Part shown: piece after piece, positions 45,647 to 54,275 of the stretch
Layout: every line of letters begins with the position of its first letter
How positions within the stretch are numbered: position 1 is the first letter of the stretch
From: an uncultured Chloroflexia bacterium
GTDB lineage: Bacteria > Chloroflexota > Limnocylindria > Limnocylindrales > CSP1-4
DNA: 64,000 nt
Direction: 5' to 3'
Assembly: GCA_963763775.1 (NCBI GenBank)
Contig: CAVXPZ010000004.1
Coordinates: forward strand, 32,001-96,000
Translations under genes and position numbers: made by a program
Notes under the pieces: generated by a model
Database searches by the model: none
The model's input: the letters and a program-made list of their open reading frames with translations, nothing else
What the model was told of the DNA's origin: nothing

Positions 45647-48600
45647 GGCCGCGCAGGACCAGACCGCGGTAGCCCGGCACGAACCCGGCCTCGACGAGGC
45701 GGTCGCGGAACGGCGAATCCGCCACGGGCAGACCATCGACCTTCTTGAGCACGAGCTCCCGGATCCGCCCGTCGACGACGAGCTGACCGAGCGCCCGGCT
45801 GGCCGCCGTCGCCATCCCGGGGTCGTCGGCCGGCGCAAGGGTCTGGAGCGTGGCCCCGCCTCGCTCCAGGTACAGCACGGCGAGCCCGTCGACCAGGACC
45901 GCGTAGGCGCCGGCGGCCCGCTGGATCGGGCGACGGTCGCGGTCGTCGCGCCGGGGCCAGGCGAGCGCGGCGCCGTAGGGCTGGGCCGGGTCCGCGGCCG
46001 CGAGGACGTACGTGCCCCGGGCCTCTCCCTCGCCCGCCGGCTCGCGGACGGCCCGCAGCCGGTCCAATGCCCCGGCGAGCGCGAACTGCGCGGCCCCGAG
46101 CCCGTCGACGAAGTAGCCGCGTCGGATCCGTCCGGCGTCCTCGAGGGCCCGGAGGACCGGGTAGACGGCGCTGAACCCGCCCTCGAGACCTTCGGCCGCG
46201 ACGGATTCGCGGGTGAGCACGCCATACCGCTCGAGCAGCGCGAGGGACTGGGCGTGGAGCCGCTCCGTCGGGGTCGCCGTCGGCGGCTCCACCACGGACC
46301 AGCGGCCCGCTGCCTCGGGCGGACCCAGCGACGTCAGACGGCCGGGCCGCGGTCGTCGTGGACCACTTCCGCTCCCCGATCGCTTCCAACGAAGGGCCCG
46401 AAGCGGCGCGAACGTGTCGTTGGTGACCTCGCCGGCCCACACGAGATCCCACAGGGCATCGAGGACCTCGCGATCGGGCCCGCCACCGGCCGCCGCGTGG
46501 ACCTCCCGGTAGAACGAGGCGCCGCGCCGGGCCAGATGCTCGCGGATCGCGTCATGGCGGACGCCGTCAGGGCGCTCGACGTCGGGCGGCGGACCGGCCG
46601 GTCGCAGCGCATCGCGGCCGGGTCGCACGAGCGCCACGCGACCGTCATCGCGTCCGAGGCTTCCCCGCCCCACCCACGTGACCTCGCCCAGCGAGCCCAG
46701 CTCGTCGAGCAGTCGCGGCTGGTACCCGGGCACGCGGGCCGGGAGCACGTCACGCTCCAGCACCGAGGCCGGGATCGCCATCCCGGCAAGCTGGTCCACG
46801 ACCTCCGCGAGGCGCTCGAGGGCCGCGGTGCCACGGACCGGCGTTTCGGCACGGCCCAGTGGGACGATGCCGTGCCATTCGGGGAGGAAGCGCGCCAGCG
46901 CGGCCGGGTCGACCGGCTCCACCTCGCGGCGGAGGCGCGCCAGGGAGCGGCGACGGAGCAGCCGCAGGACGTCCGGATCGCACCACTCACGCTCCGCGCC
47001 ACCCGGCCGGAACTCGCCGCGAAGGACCGTCCCGGCCGCGAGCAGCCGTTCGAGGGCATCCTCGACGATCCCCATCGGCAGGCCCCAGCGAGCCGCCGGC
47101 TCGGGCGTGAGGAACGGGCCGTGGCCGCGCGCCCAGCGCGCCAGCAACCCGTCGAGCGCGCCGCTGACGGGCGCGAGGAAGGCCTCCGGCACACCGACCG
47201 GCGGCGAGATCCCGACGCCGTCCCGATACCGGGCGGCGTCCTCGATCGCGATCCAGCGTTCCTCGCCGGCGATGCGTGTCCGGACCACGCGGCGCGCGCC
47301 CGCCAGGTCGTCCAGCCAGCCGTCGGCCGCCGCACGGCCGCCCTCGACGCGCGCCGGCACCTCGTCCGCCGACAGGTCGCCCAGGCGTCGGAGCAGGTCG
47401 TGGAGTTGGTCCGCGGTCGTGGCACGCCGGTCGTCGGTGAGCCCCTGGAGTGAGAGCTCGAGGTCCGCGAGGGCGTCGGGATCGAGCAGCTCGCGCAGCT
47501 CCTCCTGGCCGAGCAGCTCGCGCAGGAGGTCGCGGTCGAGGGTCAGGGCACCGGCTCGGCGCTCGGCCAGGGGGGTGTCGCCGTCGTACATGTAGGCCGC
47601 GACGTAGTCGAAGAGCAGGCTTCCGGCGAACGGGCTCGCGCGGAGCGTCTCCACGGAGTGGACCGCGATCTCCCGGCTCGCGACGCCACTCAGCACCTCG
47701 CGCAGGGCCGGGAGGTCGAAGACGTCCGACAGGCACTCGCGGTAGGTCTCGACGAGGATCGGGAAGCTGCCATAGCGGGACGCGACCGCGAGCAGGTCCG
47801 CGGCTCGCTGGCGCTGCTGCCAGAGCGGTGTCCTCGTTCCTGGCCGACGTCGCGGGAGCAGGAGCGCCCGGCCGGCGTTCTCGCGGAACCGGCTGGCGAA
47901 GAGCGACGAGGACGCGACCTGCTCGACGACGAGGTCCTCGATCTCGTCGGCCTCGGGGAAGAGCAGGGCCTCGATCCCATCCAGCGGGGCGTCGCCTTCC
48001 GGCAGCCGGATCGCGATCCCGTCGTCGGACCAGATGGTCTGGACCTCGAGCCCGAGCCGCTCGGCGAGTCGTGCCTCGATCGCCATCGACCAGGGGGCGT
48101 GGACCCGACCGCCGAACGGCGTGAGCAGGCAGATCCGCCAGTCGCCGAGCTCGTCGCGGAAGCGCTCGATGACCACGCGCTTGTCGGTCGGGAGCACGCC
48201 GGTGACCTCGCGTTCGTCGTCGAGGTAGGCGAGGAGGTTGTCGGCGGCTCGTTCGTCGAGGTCGTGCGTCTCGCGGAGCCGGGCCGTGGCCGCTCGGCGG
48301 CCCTTGTCGCCCTTCGCCAGGTCCGCCTCGACCTCGCGGACGAAGGCCCCCATGGCCCGGCCCAGCTCGATGGGCCGCCCGACCGCGTCGCCCTTCCAGA
48401 ACGGCAGCTTGCCCGGTACGCCGGGCGCGGGCGTGACCGTGACGCGGTCGTGGCCGATCTCGTCGACGCGCCAGCTGCTCGCGCCCAGGACGATCACGTC
48501 GCCGTGCATGCCCGCGCGGAGTTCGTACACCATCTCCTCGTCGAGCTCACCGACACGGCGCCCGGGTGTGCCCGCCTCGCCGGCCATGAACACGCCGTAC

Positions 48601-50195
48601 AGGCCTCGGTCGGGGATCGTCCCGCCACTCGTGACCGCCACCACACGCGCGTCTCGCCGGCCTTCGACGACATCGGTCACGCGATCCCAGACGACCCGCG
48701 GCTTCAGCTCCGCGAACTCGTCCGACGGATACGCGCCGGCGAGCATCCCGAGCACGCCCTCGAGCAGGTCGCGCGTCAGCGTCTCGTACGGGGCGGCGCG
48801 CGTGACGGTCGCCAGCAGGTCGGCGACCGACCAGCGGTCCATGACCGTCATCGCGACGAGCTGCTGGGCGAGGACGTCGAGCGGGTTGCGCGGGATGACG
48901 GTCGCCTCGATCGCGCCCTCGTGCATCCGTCGCGTCACGACCGCGCACTCGAGGAGGTCGCCGCGGTACTTCGGGAAGATCACGCCCTTGGACGGGGCGC
49001 CGACCTGGTGCCCGGCCCGGCCGACCCGTTGGAGCCCGCGCGCGACCGAGGTGGGCGATTCGACCTGGATGACGAGGTCGACCGCCCCCATGTCGATGCC
49101 GAGCTCGAGGCTCGACGTGGCGACGAGGGCCGGCAGGCGTCCGGCCTTCAGGTCCTCCTCGATCATCAGGCGCTGCTCGCGCGCGATGCTGCCGTGATGC
49201 GCCTTGACCAGGTCCTCGCCGGCGAGCTCGTTCAGCCGATGCGCCAGCCGTTCGGCGAGGCGGCGACTGTTCGTGAAGACGATCGTGCTCTTGTGCTCGC
49301 GGATGAGCTCCAGGATCCGCGGGTGGATCGCCGGCCAGATGCTGTTGCGCCGATCACCGCCGGTGGCCGGGCCGCCGGGCTGCTCCTCGAGCGGCAGGAT
49401 CTCGCCGATGGCCGACATGTCATCGACGGGGACGATGACCTGCAGCTCGAGCGGCTTGCGCGCCCCGGCGTCGACGATCTGGACATCCCGGCCGGGACCC
49501 ACGCCGCCGAGGAAGCGGGCGATCGCCTCGAGCGGTCGTTGCGTGGCCGACAGCCCGATGCGCTGCATTGGCGGCGCGTCGGCCGTTCGGAGCGCCTCGA
49601 GCCGTTCCAGGCTCAGCGCGAGGTGGGCGCCGCGCTTGGTGCCGGCGATCGCGTGGACCTCGTCGATGATCACGTGCTCGACGCCGCGGAGGATCTCGCG
49701 GGCCGCACTGGTGAGCATCAGGTAGAGCGATTCGGGGGTCGTGATCAGGATGTCCGGCGGGTGCTTGACGAGGTCGCGGCGCTCGTCGGCAGGCGTGTCC
49801 CCCGTTCGGCTCGCGACCGTGATGTGCGGCACCGGCTCGCCGAGACGCTGCGACGCGTGGCCGATCCCCGTCAGCGGCGCTCGCAGGTTCCGCTCGACGT
49901 CGTAGGTCAGGGCCTTGAGCGGCGAGACGTAGAGGACCCGGACGGTGCCGGGGTCCGCGCGGGTGCGCTCGGGCGTCGGGTCGGTCGCCAGTCGATCCAG
50001 CGCCCACAGGAACGCCGCGAGGGTCTTGCCGCTCCCCGTCGGAGCGTGGATCAGCGTGTGGTGGCCCGCCGCGATCGCCGCCCAGCCACGGGCCTGGGCG
50101 TCCGTGGGAGCCTCGAAGCTCGACGCGAACCACTCGCGAACGGGTCGCGAGAACGGAGCCAGCGGGTCGGTGCCGACGGGCATGGTCGCGGTCAC
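45639..50195 (-). CDS. lhr: Long Lhr-type SF2 helicase with C-terminal extension
   Basis: APTGSGKT, TTPESL, DEVH, LSAT, HHGS, SSLELGID, QRVGRAGH, GGTIPDRG, PFWKGD, RRGYFV, DPAQPYG; about 1518 aa from GTG 50195. Confidence 0.95.
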   Translation of the reverse strand: MTATMPVGTDPLAPFSRPVREWFASSFEAPTDAQARGWAAIAAGHHTLIHAPTGSGKTLAAFLWALDRLATDPTPERTRADPGTVRVLYVSPLKALTYDVERNLRAPLTGIGHASQRLGEPVPHITVASRTGDTPADERRDLVKHPPDILITTPESLYLMLTSAAREILRGVEHVIIDEVHAIAGTKRGAHLALSLERLEALRTADAPPMQRIGLSATQRPLEAIARFLGGVGPGRDVQIVDAGARKPLELQVIVPVDDMSAIGEILPLEEQPGGPATGGDRRNSIWPAIHPRILELIREHKSTIVFTNSRRLAERLAHRLNELAGEDLVKAHHGSIAREQRLMIEEDLKAGRLPALVATSSLELGIDMGAVDLVIQVESPTSVARGLQRVGRAGHQVGAPSKGVIFPKYRGDLLECAVVTRRMHEGAIEATVIPRNPLDVLAQQLVAMTVMDRWSVADLLATVTRAAPYETLTRDLLEGVLGMLAGAYPSDEFAELKPRVVWDRVTDVVEGRRDARVVAVTSGGTIPDRGLYGVFMAGEAGTPGRRVGELDEEMVYELRAGMHGDVIVLGASSWRVDEIGHDRVTVTPAPGVPGKLPFWKGDAVGRPIELGRAMGAFVREVEADLAKGDKGRRAATARLRETHDLDERAADNLLAYLDDEREVTGVLPTDKRVVIERFRDELGDWRICLLTPFGGRVHAPWSMAIEARLAERLGLEVQTIWSDDGIAIRLPEGDAPLDGIEALLFPEADEIEDLVVEQVASSSLFASRFRENAGRALLLPRRRPGTRTPLWQQRQRAADLLAVASRYGSFPILVETYRECLSDVFDLPALREVLSGVASREIAVHSVETLRASPFAGSLLFDYVAAYMYDGDTPLAERRAGALTLDRDLLRELLGQEELRELLDPDALADLELSLQGLTDDRRATTADQLHDLLRRLGDLSADEVPARVEGGRAAADGWLDDLAGARRVVRTRIAGEERWIAIEDAARYRDGVGISPPVGVPEAFLAPVSGALDGLLARWARGHGPFLTPEPAARWGLPMGIVEDALERLLAAGTVLRGEFRPGGAEREWCDPDVLRLLRRRSLARLRREVEPVDPAALARFLPEWHGIVPLGRAETPVRGTAALERLAEVVDQLAGMAIPASVLERDVLPARVPGYQPRLLDELGSLGEVTWVGRGSLGRDDGRVALVRPGRDALRPAGPPPDVERPDGVRHDAIREHLARRGASFYREVHAAAGGGPDREVLDALWDLVWAGEVTNDTFAPLRALRWKRSGSGSGPRRPRPGRLTSLGPPEAAGRWSVVEPPTATPTERLHAQSLALLERYGVLTRESVAAEGLEGGFSAVYPVLRALEDAGRIRRGYFVDGLGAAQFALAGALDRLRAVREPAGEGEARGTYVLAAADPAQPYGAALAWPRRDDRDRRPIQRAAGAYAVLVDGLAVLYLERGGATLQTLAPADDPGMATAASRALGQLVVDGRIRELVLKKVDGLPVADSPFRDRLVEAGFVPGYRGLVLRGRA

Positions 50196-50204
50196 GGGAC
50201 CGGC

Positions 50205-50242
50205 AGTATAGGCCGGGCCGACCATTTCGACCAGATGTTCTA
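50205..50242 (-). promoter_or_regulatory. lhr promoter with an overlapping LexA/SOS-like box
   Basis: TATACT (50210-50205). Minus strand TAGAACATCTGGTCGA (50242-50227) is GAAC-N4-GTTC with one mismatch and overlaps the -35 position. Confidence 0.6.
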
Positions 50243-50836
50243 TTCCGGTCGCTCGCCGGCGGGGCACGCCGGGCTCAGGCCGCAGGCGTACCGCAGGTAG
50301 ACGACGCCCGAGTCGAACGTCCGAGCCTCGACCAGCGTGAGGGCGATGCGCTCGTCGAGCGGCGGGAAGAAGCGCGTCCCGGCGCCGAGGATGACGGGGT
50401 TGACGTAGACGCGGAACTCGTCGACGAGACCGGCCTCGATGAGGGTGGAGGCCAGGGTCGGCCCGCCGACGCCCATGTCGAACCCCGGCTGCGCCTTCAG
50501 GCGCGCGACCTCGGCGACCGCGTCGCCGCGGACCAGCCGGCTGTTCCATTCCACGCGCTCGAGCGTCGTCGAGAACACCACCTTCGGCGTCATCCGCCAG
50601 ATCTCAGCGAACTCGAGCATGGCCGGCGTGGCGGCCGGGTCGGACGCGGCCGTCGGCCAGTAGCCGGTCATCAGCTCGTACAGCCGCCGGCCGTAGAGGA
50701 ACGTTCGCATCTCGCGGGCTTCCGCGTTGAAGACTCGATGGAGCTCCTCGTCGACGTGCACCCAATCGAGCGACCGGCTCGGCGTCTCGACGTACCCGTC
50801 GAGCGACACCGACATCGAGAAAACGAGCTTGCCCAT
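50240..50836 (-). CDS. Dihydrofolate reductase family (RibD C-terminal domain) protein
   Basis: MSVSLDGY, LYGRRLYE, KVVFSTTL, GGPTLA, LVDEF, NPVILGAG. Confidence 0.9.
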   Translation of the reverse strand: MGKLVFSMSVSLDGYVETPSRSLDWVHVDEELHRVFNAEAREMRTFLYGRRLYELMTGYWPTAASDPAATPAMLEFAEIWRMTPKVVFSTTLERVEWNSRLVRGDAVAEVARLKAQPGFDMGVGGPTLASTLIEAGLVDEFRVYVNPVILGAGTRFFPPLDERIALTLVEARTFDSGVVYLRYACGLSPACPAGERPE

Positions 50837-50932
50837 GCCGACGATCGTACCCGGCGGCCGGCAGCCGGGTGGGTCCGACAGGATCCGGGCCGGTTTGGCG
50901 ATGGTTGAGTGCGACGTGATCAACTGATTGCC

Positions 50933-51679
50933 GTGGGAGCGCGGGAGGACGAACGACGCCGTCGTGATCGCACGCGCCAGGTGCGCCGCGCGATCGGTGC
51001 GGACCTGCGTCAGCTTCGGATCGATACAGGCCTGACCGCCCGAGCCGTTGCCGTCGCTGCCGGTGTGAGTCCGAGCCATCTCAGCCGGATCGAGGACGGC
51101 TCGCGAGAGGCGAGCACGGGGATCCTCGTGGCCATCGCCGACGTTCTCGGCGCGGACCTCGCCGTGAAGGCCTACCCGGGCACCGGACCGCGCATCCACG
51201 ACCGTATCCAGGCACGTATCGTCGAGGAGCTCATCCGCGTGACGAAGCCGCGTTGGCGGTCCTATGTCGAGGTCCCGGTGTATCGACCGGCCCGCGGATT
51301 CATCGATGTCGTCCTGGCAGACGCGGGTCTTCTGGTCCCGTCCGAGGTGCAGTCAGACCTACGACGACTCGAGCAGCAGCTCCGCTGGTCCCAGGACAAG
51401 GTGCGATCCCTCGAATCGGCGGACCTGTGGCGGCGGTACCCGAGGGCCCCCGACGTGAGCCCCATGCTCGTTCTTCGGTCGACGGCACGGACGCGCGAGC
51501 TCATCGAGCGCTTTCCCGAGACGCTCGCGGGCTTCTACCCGGCCCGCACAGCCGACGTCTTCGCGGCGATCACGGGTGACGCGCCATGGCCTGGGTCCGG
51601 CTTGCTCTGGGCGACTGTCGATGGCGATCGGGTGGCCTTCCTTCCCGGGCCGCCTCGTGGCGTGACGTTCGGGCGCTGA
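50933..51679 (+). CDS. XRE-type HTH fused to a PD-(D/E)xK-like (restriction endonuclease-like) domain
   Basis: LRQLRIDTGLTARAVAVAAGVSPSHLSRIEDG (HTH_XRE); VEVPV...GFIDVVL...SEVQS catalytic-like motif. Codon usage looks less GC3-biased than its neighbours. Confidence 0.75.
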   Translation: MGAREDERRRRDRTRQVRRAIGADLRQLRIDTGLTARAVAVAAGVSPSHLSRIEDGSREASTGILVAIADVLGADLAVKAYPGTGPRIHDRIQARIVEELIRVTKPRWRSYVEVPVYRPARGFIDVVLADAGLLVPSEVQSDLRRLEQQLRWSQDKVRSLESADLWRRYPRAPDVSPMLVLRSTARTRELIERFPETLAGFYPARTADVFAAITGDAPWPGSGLLWATVDGDRVAFLPGPPRGVTFGR

Positions 51680-51710
51680 CCCGCCGGGTGACCTACCGGG
51701 GAACTCCGAG

Positions 51711-51979
51711 GCGTCCGTTGCCTGTCAGGCAACGGACGCACGTTCAAGCCGCGTCGCCGACGGAGATCAGCCCTTGCCGAGGCCGTTCTGTTGGCAGTAG
51801 GACAACGGATGCACGGAATCGGTGCGGGATCGGTGGCACGAGGGCCGGATCTGCACGGAAACTGTCCCCGGGCGGGATCTGTCCTGGATTCGTTGTCTGT
51901 TTGGCAATCAGCGACTCGCAGCCCGTCGCCGGCACCCCGTCGGCCAACTCCGGTCGGCATACGTTGCCTGTCGAGCAAC
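51711..51979. repeat. Symmetric palindrome array (A-B-B'-A') downstream of the HTH-nuclease gene
   Basis: Perfect 14-bp-arm palindrome GCGTCCGTTGCCTG-T-CAGGCAACGGACGC (51711-51739) and a degenerate copy CGTTGCCTGTCGAGCAAC (51962-51979). Inner inverted pair GTTGGCAGTAGGACAACGGAT (~51790-51810) and ATTCGTTGTCTGTTTGGCAAT (~51888-51908). Confidence 0.7.
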
Positions 51980-52066
51980 CGGCGGGGTAGAAAGGGCGCC
52001 GGCCCGCGGAGGGCTGTACCGACCCAGGCCGACGGGTCTAGGCTGGTCGTCCACGAAGGAGGCGTC

Positions 52067-52430
52067 ATGAACATCAACGGCATCCTCATCGGCTCCGAGC
52101 ACCCGGGGCCGATGGTCGAGTACTACACGAAGCTGTTCGGTACGCCGCAATGGGACGAGAGTGGCTACACCGGCTGGCAGATCGGCAGCGGGGCCATCAC
52201 GATCTCGGCGCACGACCAGGTCAAGGGCAAGAACGCGCAGCCGGGCCGGTTCATCTGGAACATCGAGTCGGACGACGTCCGCGGCGAATTCGAGCGGTTC
52301 AAGGCGGCCGGGCGCGATCGTCGTCACCGAACCGTACGAGCTCGGCATGGACACTGCGACGGCCACGATCGCGACCTTCGCCGACCCCGACGGCAACTAC
52401 TTCCAGCTGGTCACGCCGATCCAGATGTAG
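52067..52430 (+). CDS. VOC/glyoxalase family protein (frameshift near 52310)
   Basis: GGAGG SD, MNINGILIGS...YYTKLFG, then in a second frame GAIVVTEPYE...IATFADPDGNYFQL. Confidence 0.85.
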
Positions 52431-52485
52431 GCGGCGCCGCGGCCGGTCGCGCGGGCGGCACGGCGGTCCGGACCCGGCGCCGCGG

Positions 52486-52893
52486 TCAGTCGAGCCAGAC
52501 CCGGTCCTGGTCGTCGGGGTCGTCGATCGGCGACGAGATGAACAGGACCTGCGGGGCGTCCTCGAACTGGCCGCCGTGCGGCGTATTGGCCGGGATCACC
52601 CAGACGTCGCCCTTCTTGACCGGGCGCGTCTCGCCGCCGACGGTCACGGAGCCCGTGCCCTCGAGCACGTAGCCGATCTCGTCGTGCGTGACGTGGACGT
52701 GCGTGCGGAACGGCCCCGGATGGCCCTGGAAGACGAAGACGCTCGACTGACTCGCGTGCCCGAGGTACGTGCGCTTGAACACGTCGGTGTCGGTCAGCTT
52801 GTCCGCCTCGACGGCGGCCGCGACGTCGATGACGTCGATCTTCGTCAGGTGGCTCAGGTCCTTGGCCGCGTGATCGTCCTCGTGATGGCTCAT
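52486..52893 (-). CDS. Cupin domain protein
   Basis: HVHVTHDEIGYVLEGTG and GDVWVIPANTPH (cupin motifs 1 and 2). Confidence 0.9.
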   Translation of the reverse strand: MSHHEDDHAAKDLSHLTKIDVIDVAAAVEADKLTDTDVFKRTYLGHASQSSVFVFQGHPGPFRTHVHVTHDEIGYVLEGTGSVTVGGETRPVKKGDVWVIPANTPHGGQFEDAPQVLFISSPIDDPDDQDRVWLD

Positions 52894-53531
52894 GCGGGGT
52901 CCTCCTTGTGGCGGTCGCGTCGGGCGACCACGGCTTCGAACAGGAAGTGGTAGACCTCGGTGTGGCGCTTCGCCTCCCAGACGTCGTCACCCCAGATGTA
53001 CGCGCCGTGGTCGGCGACGACGACCGCGAAGGCCGAGGCGAACCGCGGATCGCCCAGCACGCGCGTCAGCTGGTCGACCAGCTCGCTCTCGCGCGGCGTG
53101 TTCCGGATGACCGGCAGCAGGTGGACGTCGCGGTTCGCGACGCCGCGGATGCCCTTGAGCATCTCGAGGTCGCGGATCGCGACGTGATCGGCCGACCCGG
53201 CGAGGTCGCCGGCGAGGACGGCCGATAGCGCGTGCGAGTGGACGATGCTCCGGGCGCCGCGCTCGCGGGCGGCGAGACAGAAGATCGAGTTGCACTCGCT
53301 CGGGCGCAGGCTCGCGTCGGTGGGCGACGTCCGGACGGATCCGTCGGCCGGGTCCACGGTGAAGAACTCGTCGGGGCGGATGCGCTCCTTGTGGACGCCC
53401 GTCGGGGCGAGCAGCAGTCCTCCCCCATCCGCCGGCCCGGAGATCCCGCCGCCCGTGCCGGACACCCAGCCTCGGCGATGGAAGTCGCCCAGCAGCTCGA
53501 CAAGGAGTTCGCGGGTCGCCTGTTCGGTCAT
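52890..53531 (-). CDS. mtnB: Methylthioribulose-1-phosphate dehydratase-like class II aldolase
   Basis: GWVSGTGGGIS, APTGVHKERI, PSEC, VHSH, EMLKGI, HGAYIWG, EVYHFLFE. Confidence 0.8.
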   Translation of the reverse strand: MTEQATRELLVELLGDFHRRGWVSGTGGGISGPADGGGLLLAPTGVHKERIRPDEFFTVDPADGSVRTSPTDASLRPSECNSIFCLAARERGARSIVHSHALSAVLAGDLAGSADHVAIRDLEMLKGIRGVANRDVHLLPVIRNTPRESELVDQLTRVLGDPRFASAFAVVVADHGAYIWGDDVWEAKRHTEVYHFLFEAVVARRDRHKEDPA

Positions 53532-53567
53532 CTGCCTATGTTCGCCGAAGCGCGGCCGGGCCGGTGG

Positions 53568-54275
53568 CTAGGTCCGCCGCCGGCGGTCATCGGCCGGCGG
53601 AGCCGTCCCGCCCAGCACGAGCGCGGCCGCATCGGCGGCGTGGCGTTCCGGATCGGTGAGCCGGTCGCGGCGGTCGTGCGCCGAGTGGTCGACGAACCCT
53701 TCGAGCTGCGCGTGGAGCGCCTCGAGTCGCGCGAGCTGGCGCTGCGCGACCGGCACGAACGCCGGGGCGTCACCGGCCTCCTGCCACAACGCGACGAGAT
53801 CGTCGAGGCAGAACGGGGCCTCGGCGGTCGCGTCGGCCCAGGCCGGGTCGTCGGCCCGCTGCGCGAGTCGCCCCAGCGCCGTCGTCACACCGACCTCGCC
53901 CTGTGCGCAGGCGATGCATGGCGGCCGCTTCCGTGCGGCGGTGAGCATCGAGCGCTGCTTGCGTCCCCGCGCACCGACCGCCTCACGCAGGCCCTGGAGC
54001 CGCCGCTCGAGCATCGCCCCGTACAGGATCGACGACCCGAGGATCCCGCCGCTGCCCCGCCGGTCGGCGAGGACGAGTTCGCGCAGGTGACGGCGGCAGA
54101 ACGACTTGGTGCGCTCGAGCTCGCCACGGAACGGGATGTCGAGCACGTGCTCGGCGATGATCGAGTCGAGCATCGCGGCCTCGGACCGGGCGCGGACCAC
54201 GCAGATCGGGCAGCCACCGTCATCGATGGCGGCACTGAGCCGGACGTCGACGATGTCGCGCGCCGGCAGGCTCAC
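53568..54275 (-). CDS. DUF6062-like protein with duplicated Cys motifs
   Basis: CPIC...FCRRH and CIAC...FCLDD repeats; GTG overlaps the upstream stop. Confidence 0.7.
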   Translation of the reverse strand: MSLPARDIVDVRLSAAIDDGGCPICVVRARSEAAMLDSIIAEHVLDIPFRGELERTKSFCRRHLRELVLADRRGSGGILGSSILYGAMLERRLQGLREAVGARGRKQRSMLTAARKRPPCIACAQGEVGVTTALGRLAQRADDPAWADATAEAPFCLDDLVALWQEAGDAPAFVPVAQRQLARLEALHAQLEGFVDHSAHDRRDRLTDPERHAADAAALVLGGTAPPADDRRRRT

